Positions 45,430-57,647 of a stretch of DNA of 64,000 bases are shown here, in pieces. The notes under the pieces were generated by a model. The model did not search any database. It saw only the letters and a list, made by a program, of their open reading frames with translations, and was not told the DNA's origin. Source of the stretch: Macrostomum hystrix (Eukaryota; Animalia; Platyhelminthes); the NCBI GenBank assembly GCA_950097015.1, contig CATNEN010000039.1, positions 10,540,001 to 10,604,000 of the forward strand, in the 5' to 3' direction. Position numbers and translations under genes: made by a program. The number at the start of each line of letters is the position of its first letter. Positions within the stretch are counted from its first letter, which is position 1.

Positions 45430-48400
45430 TTAGTTAGTAGTATAGAAAAGTGCGCGAAATTGTTCGGCCTCTTTGGCCATCTCCTCGGCGTTCCGATCCG
45501 GCCGGGCGGGCGACGCCGATGACTCCAGGGCGGTGTAGACGGCGTCGTTGGGCTGGAAATCGCCGGCCTGACGGGGCAGGACGTGGATGTGCAGATGCGG
45601 CACAGTCTGGCCAGCTAGGCGGCCGTCCTGGATGCTGAAGCTGCACGAGTCAGTGCGGGCTAGCTCCCTGAGCCTGGAGCTCACGAGCTCAGCCAGATTA
45701 ATTAGGTCGGCCCGTTCAACCGGCGAGAGATCGCTCAGCCGGCTAACAGACGTGGCGCGGCGCGGACAGACAAGGACGTGGTGAGGCCGGATGGGGCGCA
45801 GATTAACGGCCGCGTAGGACAGGCGGGTGAGGCAGAACACCTGGCTAGCTGGTAGGTGATGCGGGCCGAACGCGAAATCCGCTGACTCGGGTATGGGAAC
45901 TGGACATAGGGGGAAATGTAAGTCTTTGTAGGCTGTGTTGTATGCTACTTAAAACTGCTGGTTTATAAGTTGCATAATATTTACTGTCTTAGACAAGCAG
46001 TAACCTGTTAGACAGGCTGTAACCTGTTAGACAGGCTGTAACCTGTTAGACAGGCTGTAACCTGTTAGACAGGCTGTAACCTGTTAGACAGACTGTAACC
46101 TGTTAGACAGACTGTAACCTGTTAGACAGACTGTAACCTGTTAGACAGTCATGTTGGCCTACTCACGCAGTGCCAGCTCCCCAGATATGCTGGGATAAAG
46201 GTCGTATCGACGCTGCTCCATCACTGGCATGCCGGATCGCACCTGTTCCAGGTAGGTGAGATTGATACGGCACAGGGCCAGGCCGTCAGATTTGCCATCC
46301 AATTCGGCGCAAACCTTGCCCCATGGATCGATAATGCAGGCGTGGCCGTAGGAGTGACGCCGGGCATTGTGCGAGCCGGCCTGAGCGGCAGCCACCAGCC
46401 AGCACTGAGACTCGATGGCGCGTGCGCGCAGCAGAGAGATCCAATGGGCCAGGCCTGACAATGTTTGTTTCATAGATTGGCTAATCAGTTTAACCTGTGT
46501 GCACTGCATAGAAAATAACTGACATTATTTTTTCTTCTGTTGGATCGTATTGCTTTAGGGACACATTTCTCTCACCTGTAAATCCCATCTCTCTTACATG
46601 CAAATCCCATTACTCTCACCTCTGAACCTCATCTCTCTCACCTGTGAATCCCATCTCTCTCACCTGTGAATCCCATCTCTCTCACCTGTGAATCCCATCT
46701 CTCTCACCTGTGAACCCATCTCTCTCACCTGTGAACCCATCTCTCTCACCTGTGAACCCATCTCTCTCACCTGTGAATCCCATCTCTCTCACCTGTGAAT
46801 CCCATCTCTCTCACCTGTGAATCCCATCTCTCTCACTGTACCTGAGGACCCATCTCTCTCACTGTACCTGAGGACCCGTCTCTCTGACCATAGTCCTGCA
46901 TAATCACACAGAAAAGCAAGACACTCTCAATGCAACAGGACCCACCTGTCGGTACGGTGAAGGCGCTCGGATACGTAAGAATCTGGGCGCCACGTTCTCT
47001 AAGGCCAATCGCCACCTCGGCGAAGCGCATGTCGTAGCAGACGGCCAGGCCGACCCGGCCGGCTGGTGTGCCAACCACCGGTCCAAGGCTGGCGCCGGGT
47101 TTGGTGAAGCGCGACTCCATGAAGCTGCGGCCGCTGACCCCGGCGGCTGCGTCGTCTGGCACCCGGACGTCGAACATGTGAGCTTTGTCGTAGCGGCCGG
47201 CAATGCCACCAGCCGGATCAATTAGTAGGTGGCTGTTGCTAATGCGCTCGGGCAGCTGCGGATAGTAGGCAATGTTTGGGAGAGATGATAGTCAAGGAAG
47301 GAAAGTAGAGAAGCAGTTAAGTAGATTAGGTAGCTAAAGTAGTCAGGTAGAGTGGCTAGTCAAAGTAGTCAGGTAGTGGGTAGTCAAAGTAGTCAGGTAG
47401 AGTGGGTAGTCAAAGTAGTCAGGCAGAGTGGGTAGTCAAAGTAGTCAGGTAGAGTGGGTAGTCAAAGCAGTCAGGCAGAGTGGGTAGTCAAAGTAGTCAG
47501 GTAGAGTGGGTAGTCAAAGTAGTCAGGTAGAGTGGGTAGTCAAAGTAGTCAGGCAGAGTGGGTAGTCAAAGTAGTCAGGCAGAGTGGGTAGTCAAAATAG
47601 TCAGGTAGAGTGGGTAGTCAAAATAGTCAGGTAGAGTGGGTAGTCAAAATAGTCAGGTAGAGTGGGTAGTCAAAGTAGTCAGGTAGAGTGGGTAGTCAAG
47701 GTAGACAGGTAGAGTGGGCAGTCAAAATAGTCAGGTAGAGTGGGTAGTCAAAATAGTCAGGTAGAGTGGGTAGTCAAAATAGTCAGGTAGAGTGGGTAGT
47801 CAAAGTAGTCAGGTAGAGTGGGTAGTCAAAGTAGTCAGGCAGAGTGGGTAGTCAAAATAGTCAGGTAGAGTGGCTAGTCAAAGTAGTCAGGTAGTGGGTA
47901 GTCAAAGTAGTCAGGTAGAGTGGGTAGTCAAAGTAGTCAGGCAGAGTGGGTAGTCAAAGTAGTCAGGTAGAGTGGGTAGTCAAAGCAGTCAGGCAGAGTG
48001 GGTAGTCAAAGTAGTCAGGTAGAGTGGGTAGTCAAAGTAGTCAGGTAGAGTGGGTAGTCAAAGTAGTCAGGCAGAGTGGGTAGTCAAAGTAGTCAGGCAG
48101 AGTGGGTAGTCAAAATAGTCAGGTAGAGTGGGTAGTCAAAATAGTCAGGTAGAGTGGGTAGTCAAAATAGTCAGGTAGAGTGGGTAGTCAAAGTAGTCAG
48201 GTAGAGTGGGTAGTCAAGGTAGACAGGTAGAGTGGGCAGTCAAAATAGTCAGGTAGAGTGGGTAGTCAAAATAGTCAGGTAGAGTGGGTAGTCAAAATAG
48301 TCAGGTAGAGTGGGTAGTCAAAGTAGTCAGGTAGAGTGGGTAGTCAAAGTAGTCAGGCAGAGTGGGTAGTCAAAATAGTCAGGTAGAGTGGGTAGTCAAA

Positions 48401-49434
48401 ATAGTCAGGTAGAGTGGGTAGTCAAAATAGTCAGGTAGAGTGGGTAGTCAAAATAGTCAGGTAGAGTGGGTAGTCAAAGTAGTCAGGTAGAGTGGGTAGT
48501 CAAAGTAGTCAGGCAGAGTGGGTAGTCAAAATAGTCAGGTAGAGTGGGTAGTCAAAATAGTCAGGTAGAGTCGGTAGTCAAAATAGTCAGGTAGAGTGGG
48601 TAGTCAAAATAGTCAGGTAGAGTGGGTAGTCAAAATAGTCAGGTAGAGTGGGTAGTCAAAATAGTCAGGTAGAGTGGGTAGTCAAAATAGTCAGGTAGAG
48701 TGGGTAGTCAAAGTAGTCAGGTAGAGTGGGTAGTCAAAGTAGTCAGGCAGAGTGGGTAGTCAAAATAGTCAGGTAGAGTGGGTAGTCAAAATAGTCAGGT
48801 AGAGTCGGTAGTCAAAATAGTCAGGTAGAGTGGGTAGTCAAAATAGTCAGGTAGAGTGGGTAGTCAAAATAGTCAGGTAGAGTGGGTAGTCAAAGTAGTC
48901 AGGTAGAGTGGGTAGTCAAAATAGTCAGGTAGAGTGGGTAGTCAAAGTAGTCAGGCAGAGTGGGTAGTCAAAATAGTCAGGTAGAGTGGGTAGTCAAAAT
49001 AGTCAGGTAGAGTGGGTAGTCTAAATAGTCAGGTAGAGTGGGTAGTCAAAGTAGTCAGGTAGAGTGGGTAGTCAAGCTAGACAGGGCAGCGCGGCAGTTC
49101 TCACCCTCTCGTTAGCGTCATCCCGCAGATGCAGGCTGCCTATGGAAAGCCACAGTCCGGTCTCCTTAGCCAGAGCCCGATAATCTGAGCACACCTGGCC
49201 ATCGATGGTCTCAGCTAATCGCAGCGTGTCGGCTAGGCTGTCGCCAATGTAATCAGCGCACTCTGGCAGAAAGGCAATGCTGGCGCCGGCAGCGGCGGCT
49301 GACAAAATGTGCGCTCGAGCTTGGGCAAAATTTCTAGCCTTGTCCGCTGTGCAGTGCAGCTGGATAACTGCGGCCAAGTCGCTTCCGCCGCCGCTGCCAC
49401 CCGTTTCTATTGCTGAGGCCGATGTTGTTGACAT
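45430..49434 (-). CDS. NitFhit: Nitrilase-FHIT fusion protein (NIT1 + FHIT), ~465 aa from ATG 49434, 4 exons
   Basis: Exons 49434-49105, 47255-46946, 46454-46167, 45899-45430 (phases 0, 1, 1; 1398 nt). Nitrilase triad FLPEC / YDKAHMFDV / VCYDMRF, HW..LLRARAIE, and FHIT QDG..AGQTVPHLHIHVLPR. An N-terminal extension is possible. Confidence 0.95.
46000..46148. repeat. 19-bp minisatellite in NitFhit intron 3
   Basis: ACCTGTTAGACAG(G/A)CTGTA ~8 times. Confidence 0.93.
46568..46885. repeat. 21-22-bp minisatellite in NitFhit intron 2
   Basis: CCCATCTCTCTCACCTGTGAAT units; the sense (minus) strand reads ...TTCACAGGTGAGAG... Confidence 0.92.
47335..49075. repeat. 26-bp minisatellite filling NitFhit intron 1
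   Basis: GGTAGAGTGGGTAGTCAAA(G/A)TAGTCA ~66 times. Rare variants recur 518 bp apart (47701/48219). Confidence 0.97.
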
Positions 49435-49984
49435 TGGCAACAAACAGAGTCTGCTGCAGGCGGCTAGTGACGGAAGATTTAGAAGTTTTCTACTTACAAA
49501 GGACAACTGAAAATTTAATTCGATAATTTGGTTACGATTGGTACTACTCATAGTAATGCAAAATCAATTGTGTTAGACATGTGAAAACTCTAAGCTACGA
49601 TTCTAATTTAAATCATTTTATTTGCTAGCTATGTTACTGTAAGTAACGTGGTTACTTTTTTTCGCGAATTTTGTCTGAAAATTTTCAGGAAAAAATCAAT
49701 AATTTGAATGTCCACTCCGTTTCTGTAGGCGACTCAGAAACACAGCTTTCGAGTAGTCGCCCTCATGGGAGAGTGGTCAGGATTCGCTGCGCGTACTGTA
49801 GGAGCGGTTAGTGAGGAGGATTATAGCGCACTAAATTGGTATCTCTGGCTGCATCCTCCCGTTATCGCCGCTCCGAAAGGCAACTTTTTTAGCGCAAATA
49901 TCGCCATTGTAATTCTAAGCAACTATACAGAAATATTAAACGACAGATTGTCATTGACAAGAGTTTGACATTATTATACAATGA

Positions 49985-51833
49985 GCAGACAGACAGGTTG
50001 ATGGACGGACGGACAGACAGACAGACAGGCTAGCGGACAGACAGCCAGACAGGCTAATGGTAAAGCATGTTAAAGCATAATAGTAAATGGTAAAGTTAAA
50101 ACATGACAGGCTAATGCACTGACAGACTGACAAACTAATGGACAGACAGACAGGCTAATGCACTGACAGACAGACAGGCTAATGGACAGACAGACAGGCT
50201 AAAGGACTGACAGACAGACACGCTAATGCACTGACAGACAGACAAACTAATGGACAGACAGACAGGCTAATGCACTGACAGACAGACAGGCTAATGGACT
50301 GACAGACAGGCTAATGGACTGACAGACAGACAGGCTAATGCACTGACAGACAGACAGGCTAATGGACAGACAGACAGGCTAATGGACAGACAGACAGGCT
50401 AATGCACTGACAGACAGACAGGCTAATGGACAGACAGACAGGCTAATGCACTGACAGACAGACAGGCTAATGGACAGACAGACAGGCTAAAGGACTGACA
50501 GACAGACACGCTAATGCACTGACAGACAGACAGGCTAATGGACTGACAGACAGACAGGCTAAAGGACTGACAGACAGACAGGCTAATGGACAGACAGACA
50601 GGCTAATGGACTGACAGACAGACAGGCTAAAGGACTGACAGACAGACAGGCTAATGGACTGACAGACAGACAGGCTAAAGGACTGACAGACAGGCTAAAG
50701 GACTGACAGACAGACAGGCTAAAGGACTGACAGACAGACAGGCTAAAGGACTGACAGACAGGCTAATGGACTGACAGACAGACAGGCTAAAGGACTGACA
50801 GACAGGCTAAAGGACTGACAGACAGACAGGCTAAAGGACTGACAGACAGACACGCTAATGAACTGACAGACAGGCTAATAGACAGACAGGCTAATGGACT
50901 GAGAGACAGGCTAATGGACTGACAGACAGGCTAATGGACTGACAGACAGACAGGCTAATGGACAGACAGACAGGCTAATGGACTGAGAGACAGGCTAATG
51001 GACTGACAGACAGACAGGCTAATGGACAGACAGACAGACTAATGGACTGACAGACAGACAGGCTAATGGACAGACAGACAGGCTAATGGACAGACAGACA
51101 GGCTAATGGACTGACAGACAGACAGGCTAATGGACAGACAGACAGGCTAATGGACAGACAGACAGGCTAATGGACTGACAGACAGACAGGCTAAAGGACT
51201 GACAGACAGACAGGCTAATGGACAGACAGACAGGCTAATGGACTGACAGACAGACAGGCTAAAGGACTGACAGACAGACAGGCTAATGGACTGACAGACA
51301 GACAGGCTAAAGGACTGACAGACAGGCTAAAGGACTGACAGACAGACAGGCTAAAGGACTGACAGACAGACAGGCTAAAGGACTGACAGACAGGCTAATG
51401 GACTGACAGACAGACAGGCTAAAGGACTGACAGACAGGCTAAAGGACTGACAGACAGACAGGCTAAAGGACTGACAGACAGACACGCTAATGAACTGACA
51501 GACAGGCTAATAGACAGACAGGCTAATGGACTGAGAGACAGGCTAATGGACTGACAGACAGGCTAATGGACTGACAGACAGACAGGCTAATGGACAGACA
51601 GACAGGCTAATGGACTGAGAGACAGGCTAATGGACTGACAGACAGACAGGCTAATGGACAGACAGACAGACTAATGGACTGACAGACAGACAGGCTAATG
51701 GACAGACAGACAGGCTAATGGACAGACAGACAGGCTAATGGACTGACAGACAGACAGGCTAATGGACAGACAGACAGGCTAATGGACAGACAGACAGGCT
51801 AATGGACTGACAGACAGACAGGCTAATGGACAG
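49985..51833. repeat. GACA-based minisatellite (GACAGACAGGCTAATGGACT variants) between RPL35 and NitFhit
   Basis: Variable-length units; ~632-bp higher-order duplication (50851/51483). Confidence 0.95.
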
Positions 51834-52171
51834 TTAAGCTTGCAAGAATTTGGCTAGCCAGAAATGTGAAAACGCCCTAAAATCTTCTAAAAAACCTTCT
51901 CAGCTAACAATAACAGGTAGGTCAATCTAAACAATTATAAAAATAAATGAAAATACAAACAACAAACTGAATATTTTTTAATCCACGGAGCTGAGCAAGC
52001 CTTCGCAGAGCGGCATTCCTGAACGCGTCTTTATAAACTTTAGCGCGCTCAAATCTGATCAGCATTTCAAAACCATTTGTGAATATTTCATCAGCGCTTC
52101 CAACAGTTCAAACACAATCCGCAAAACAATTGATTTTTGATGGTCAAAGACTTAATAAAACAAAACTAAAG

Positions 52172-52780
52172 TCAAGCCTTGACAGCGAATCGGCGAGTTG
52201 GGAAGGCCCGCAGGCGACGCTGCTGCTTGGCGGTGGTCCGACTGGCTTCAAACGGCGTCAGGGCGCGGCGAAGAGCGCGAGTCTTCTTCTGGCGCAGGTC
52301 GCGCGACAGGTGCTTGCTAGATTTTTTCTGGAAGGCGCGCAGGTGATCCTTCTGGGTCTGGTGAATCACCGTGTAGATGCGGGCGATATTCTTGCGCACC
52401 TGGTGAATCTGGGCCAGCTTGGATGCGGCGCCGCCTGTCACCTGGCGGGGAGAAGCGAGTTACATTGTGAATGGATTGCTAGACTAGTCACATTGTGAAT
52501 GGATTGCTAGACGAGTCACATTGTGAATGGATTGCTAGACTAGTCACATTGTGAATGGATTGCTAGACTAGTCACATTGTGAATGGATTGCTAGACTCGT
52601 CTAAAGACGTAGGTTAGATAGGTAATTTATAAAAATATGTTTCTATAAATTAATACGGCCGCTAGTTACCTTGGCAACGCGAAGTGTAGCCAGCTCCTGC
52701 TTAAGTTCGGAGAGCTGCTTCTCCAAGTCGGCCTTGGTCTTGGTGCGCAGCTTCTTAGCGGATTCCTTCTTGCCAACCAT
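52172..52780 (-). CDS. RPL35: 60S ribosomal protein L35 (uL29), 126 aa, 2 coding exons
   Basis: Exons 52780-52670 and 52441-52172 (phase 0). LEKQLSELKQELATLRVAK|VTGGAASKL..VRKNIARIYTVI..DLRQKKTRALRRALT..RRFAVKA. Confidence 0.95.
52460..52597. repeat. 28-bp minisatellite in the RPL35 intron
   Basis: CACATTGTGAATGGATTGCTAGACTAGT ~5 times. Confidence 0.92.
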
Positions 52781-52896
52781 TGTTGAAACTGTCTCTTATG
52801 GGATTGCGATCAAAGTTAGATTATTTGCTGATCGGGTTGTCAGCCCAATTGGCTAAAATAGCAGAGGCGAGATGTTCGTTAAAGCGCTTTTTGTTG

Positions 52897-55458
52897 ACCA
52901 AGGGAATAGAAGTGACTAGAATGACCCAAGGTAGGGAAAAGAGGTGCCTAGCCTGACCCAATGTAGGGAATAAAGGTGACTTGCCTGACCCAATGTAGGG
53001 AATAGAGGTGCCTAGCCTGACCCAGTGTAGGGAATAGAGGTGACTTGCCTGACCCAAGGTCGGGAATAGAGGTGCCTAGCCTGACCCAGTGTAGGGAATA
53101 GAGGTGCCTAGCCTGACCCAATGTCGGGAATAGAGGTGACTAACCTGACCCAATGTAGGGAATAGAGGTCAACTAGAATGACCCAATGTAGGGATTAGAG
53201 GTAGACTAGAATGACCCAATGTAGGGATTAGAGGTCGACTAGAATGACCCAATGTAGGGTCATAGAGGTGACTAACCTGACCCAAGGTCGGGAATAGAGG
53301 TGACTTGCCTGACCCAATGTCGGGAATAAAGGTGACTTGCCTGACCCAGTGTAGGGAATAGAGGTGACTTGCCTGACCCAGTGTAGGGAATAGAGGCGCC
53401 TAGCCTGACCCAATGTAGGGAATAGAGGTGACTTGCCTGACCCAATGTAGGGAATAGAGGTGACTTGCCTGACCCAATGTAGGGAAAAGAGGTGCCTAGC
53501 CTGACCCAATGTCGGGAATAGAGGTGACTAACCTGACCCAATGTAGGGAATAGAGGTCGACTAGAATGACCCAATGTAGGGATTAGAGGTGCCTAGCCTG
53601 ACCCAATGTCGGGAATAAAGCTGACTTGCCTGACCCAAGGTCGGGAATAAAGGTGACTTGCCTGACCCAAGGTCGGGAATAAAAGTGACTTGCCTGACCC
53701 AAGGTCGGGAATAAAGGTGACTTGCCTGACCCAAGGTCGGGAATAAAGGTGACTTGCCTGACCCAAGGTCGGGAATAAAGGTGACTTGCCTGACCCAAGT
53801 TCGGGAATAAAAGTGACTTGCCTGACCCAGTGTAGGGAATAGAGGTGACTTGCCTGACCCAAGGTCGGGAATAAAGGTGCCTAGCCTGACCCAGTGTAGG
53901 GAATGGAGGTGACTTGCCTGACCCAAGGTAGGGAATGGAGGTCAACTAGAATGACCCAATGTAGGGATTAGAGGTAGACTAGAATGACCCAATGTAGGGA
54001 TTAGAGGTCGACTAGAATGACCCAATGTAGGGAATAGAGGTGCCTAGCCTGACCCAGTGTAGGGAATAGAGGTGACTTGCCTGACCCAATGTAGGGAATA
54101 GAGGTGACTTGCCTGACCCAAGGTCGGGAATAAAGGTGACTTGCCTGACCCAAGGTCGGGAATAGAGGTGCCTAGCCTGACCCAATGTCGGGAATAGAGG
54201 TGACTAACCTGACCCAATGTAGGGAATAGAGGTCAACTAGAATGACCCAATGTAGGGATTAGAGGTAGACTAGAATGACCCAATGTAGGGATTAGAGGTC
54301 GACTAGAATGACCCAATGTAGGGTCATAGAGGTGACTAACCTGACCCAAGGTCGGGAATAGAGGTGACTTGCCTGACCCAATGTCGGGAATAAAGGTGAC
54401 TTGCCTGACCCAGTGTAGGGAATAGAGGTGACTTGCCTGACCCAGTGTAGGGAATAGAGGCGCCTAGCCTGACCCAATGTAGGGAATAGAGGTGACTTGC
54501 CTGACCCAATGTAGGGAATAGAGGTGACTTGCCTGACCCAATGTAGGGAAAAGAGGTGCCTAGCCTGACCCAATGTCGGGAATAGAGGTGACTAACCTGA
54601 CCCAATGTAGGGAATAGAGGTCGACTAGAATGACCCAATGTAGGGATTAGAGGTGCCTAGCCTGACCCAATGTCGGGAATAAAGCTGACTTGCCTGACCC
54701 AAGGTCGGGAATAAAGGTGACTTGCCTGACCCAAGGTCGGGAATAAAAGTGACTTGCCTGACCCAAGGTCGGGAATAAAGGTGACTTGCCTGACCCAAGG
54801 TCGGGAATAAAGGTGACTTGCCTGACCCAAGGTCGGGAATAAAGGTGACTTGCCTGACCCAAGTTCGGGAATAAAAGTGACTTGCCTGACCCAGTGTAGG
54901 GAATAGAGGTGACTTGCCTGACCCAAGGTCGGGAATAAAGGTGCCTAGCCTGACCCAGTGTAGGGAATAGAGGTGACTTGCCTGACCCAAGGTCGCGAAT
55001 AGAGGTGACTTGCCTGGTAGGGAATGGAGGTGACTTGCCTGACCCAAGGTAGGGAATGGAGGTGACTTGCCTGACCCAAGTTCGGGAATAAAAGTGACTT
55101 GCCTGACCCAGTGTAGGGAATAGAGGTGACTTGCCTGACCCAAGGTCGCGAATAGAGGTGACTTGCCTGACCCAAGGTAGGGAATGGAGGTGACTTGCCT
55201 GACCCAAGGTAGGGAATGGAGGTGACTTGCCTGACCCAAGGTAGGGAATGGAGGTGACTTGCCTGACCCAAGGTCGGGAATGGAGGTGACTTGCCTGACC
55301 CAAGGTAGGGAATGGAGGTGACTTGCCTGACCCAAGGTCGGGAATGGAGGTGACTTGCCTGACCCAAGGTCGGGAATGGAGGTGACTTGCCTGACCCAAG
55401 GTAGGGAATAGAGGTGACTTGCCTGACCCAAGGTAGGGAATGGAGGTGACTAGCCTAA
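52897..55458. repeat. ~32-bp minisatellite upstream of RPL35 with 1064-bp higher-order duplication
   Basis: GCCTGACCCAATGTAGGGAATAGAGGTGACTT variants. Identical spurious ORFs at 53228 and 54292 are offset by 1064. Confidence 0.96.
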
Positions 55459-56799
55459 CAAAATAGCACAAAAGAATGAGCATGTCAAAAAAGGGTTAGT
55501 CAATATCCGGTGTAATGCAATACATATATGCTCGTATACTAGTTTTTTTGTAAAAATGCTGCAAAAATGCATTAAAGTAAAGTAGTAACGGAAGTTGACG
55601 GCACGTTAGTGACTAGTTTAACGCATGGATAAATTATCCATCTAAGAAATTAGATTGTCTTGCAGTTAAATTTCTGCCATGGTATTTTTTGCACTAGTGA
55701 AAATGCTAAATGAGTGAAATATAAGAAAAAATGTTGAAAAGGCAAATAAAGTACATCAACTTTCTAACCTAGACAAAACAAAAAATAACAACCCTAGCTT
55801 TTCATTTTAGCCATAGACAAGTACCGTTTATTGAAACTGTGCGAAACCTATACAGTTATTCAATTGCAGGCAAATCAAATTGCCAAACTATTAGACTAGA
55901 AGCACAAACACTGGAAAAATTCGAAAAGAAATAAAAAAAGAAAATATGGAACAGAAAAAGCGGAAAAGCTGATAAAATCGACCACACTATATAAAGTTAT
56001 TGGGTAAGTTACTTTACGGAAATCTTTCATCCGAAACCAGCCTTTCCTGTGTGTGTGTGTGTGTGTGTTCCGTAGCGTTTAATTGCTGACTGGGCAGCTC
56101 TGCCTATGCGACAGAGCTATGACTAATCAGTAAGGCATGGATAGTAATATTACATTATTGCAAAACATAGGATGCCGAGACAGACCTTCCCCAATTCGCT
56201 GGCGTAGAAGAAGGGATTGCAATCCCTTCGACTAGGGGAAGAAATATTGGGGATGAATTCTGCCTGCGACAACAACCTCAACGAATCCATTGCCCATAAA
56301 AAGAAGGCCCGGCCCTCAAAACAGTTGTGATTCTCCCTAAAATCCCAACTTATCTTAACGATACAAACTGCAAGCCTTCGTAAGGAGTGCAACGATTGCA
56401 CACAAAAGGTAAGCCAACTGACTATTTGATTGTCAGCCTTAGAGATGAACAATCAAGGTTGCCATTGGACCACATTTCTTTGCATACGCATGGAGCCAAT
56501 ATCAGAAGCAGCTATTGTTGGTGACAGAAATGCCAGGCCAGCAGTAGCTATTTTTGAAATACAAACTGACCATGGAATGTAAAGAAGTGTGTTCTTTGAG
56601 CAATTGTGAACAACAAAGCCTGCAACCAAAGCTCATCAACTTATTGTTGTCATTTTGATTCTTAAAAACGAAAAAAGCAACATTTTGTTATATGATATTG
56701 AATGTTGAAGGTTATGAAAACCGACACGGACACAAAATATAAGTGGATAAACTATGAAATTAGCTAATTGCTAACCATAAACAGATAAAAAGTATGTAA

Positions 56800-57647
56800 A
56801 ACAGGCACACAAGGATAGAGGCTTAAACAGACGCACAATGATAGAGGCTTAAACAGACGCACAAGGATAGAGGCTTAAACAGACGCACAAGGATAGAGGC
56901 TTAAACAGACGCACAAGGATAGAGGCTTAAACAGACACACAAGGATAGAGGCTTAAACAGACACACAAGGATAGAGGCTTAAACAGACGCACAAGGATAG
57001 AGGCTTAAACAGACGCACAAGGATAGAGGCTTAAACAGACACACAAGGATAGAGGCTTAAACAGACACACAAGGATAGAGGCTTAAACAGACACACAAGG
57101 ATAGAGGCTTAAACAGACACACAAGGATAGAGGCTTAAACAGACACACAAGGATAGAGGCTTAAACAGACACAAGGATAGAGGCTTAAACAGACACACAA
57201 GGATAAAGGCTTAAACAGACACAAGGATAGAGGCTTAAACAGACACAAGGATAGAGGCTTAAACAGACACACAAGGATAATGGCTTAAACAGACACACAA
57301 GGATAGAGGCTTAAACAGACACACAAGGATAGAGGCTTAAACAGACACACAAGGATAATGGCTTAAACAGACACACAAGGATAGAGGCTTAAACAGACAC
57401 ACAAGGATAGAGGCTTAAACAGACACAAAAGGATAGAGGCTTAAACAGACACACAAAGATAGAGGCCCAAACAGACACAAGGATAGAGGCTTAAACAGAC
57501 ACACAAAGATAGAGGCCCAAACAGACACACAGGTTAGAGGCCCAAACAGACACACAAGGATAGAGGCTTAAACAGACACACAAAGATAGAGGCCCAAACA
57601 GACGCACAAGGATAGAGGCTTAAACAGACACAAGGACAAAGGCTTAA
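56800..57647. repeat. 24-26-bp minisatellite
   Basis: ACAAGGATAGAGGCTTAAACAGAC(GC/AC) ~32 times. Confidence 0.95.

Noticed and set aside
52821-55483. Repetitive minus-strand ORFs upstream of RPL35
   Set aside because: Minisatellite translations.
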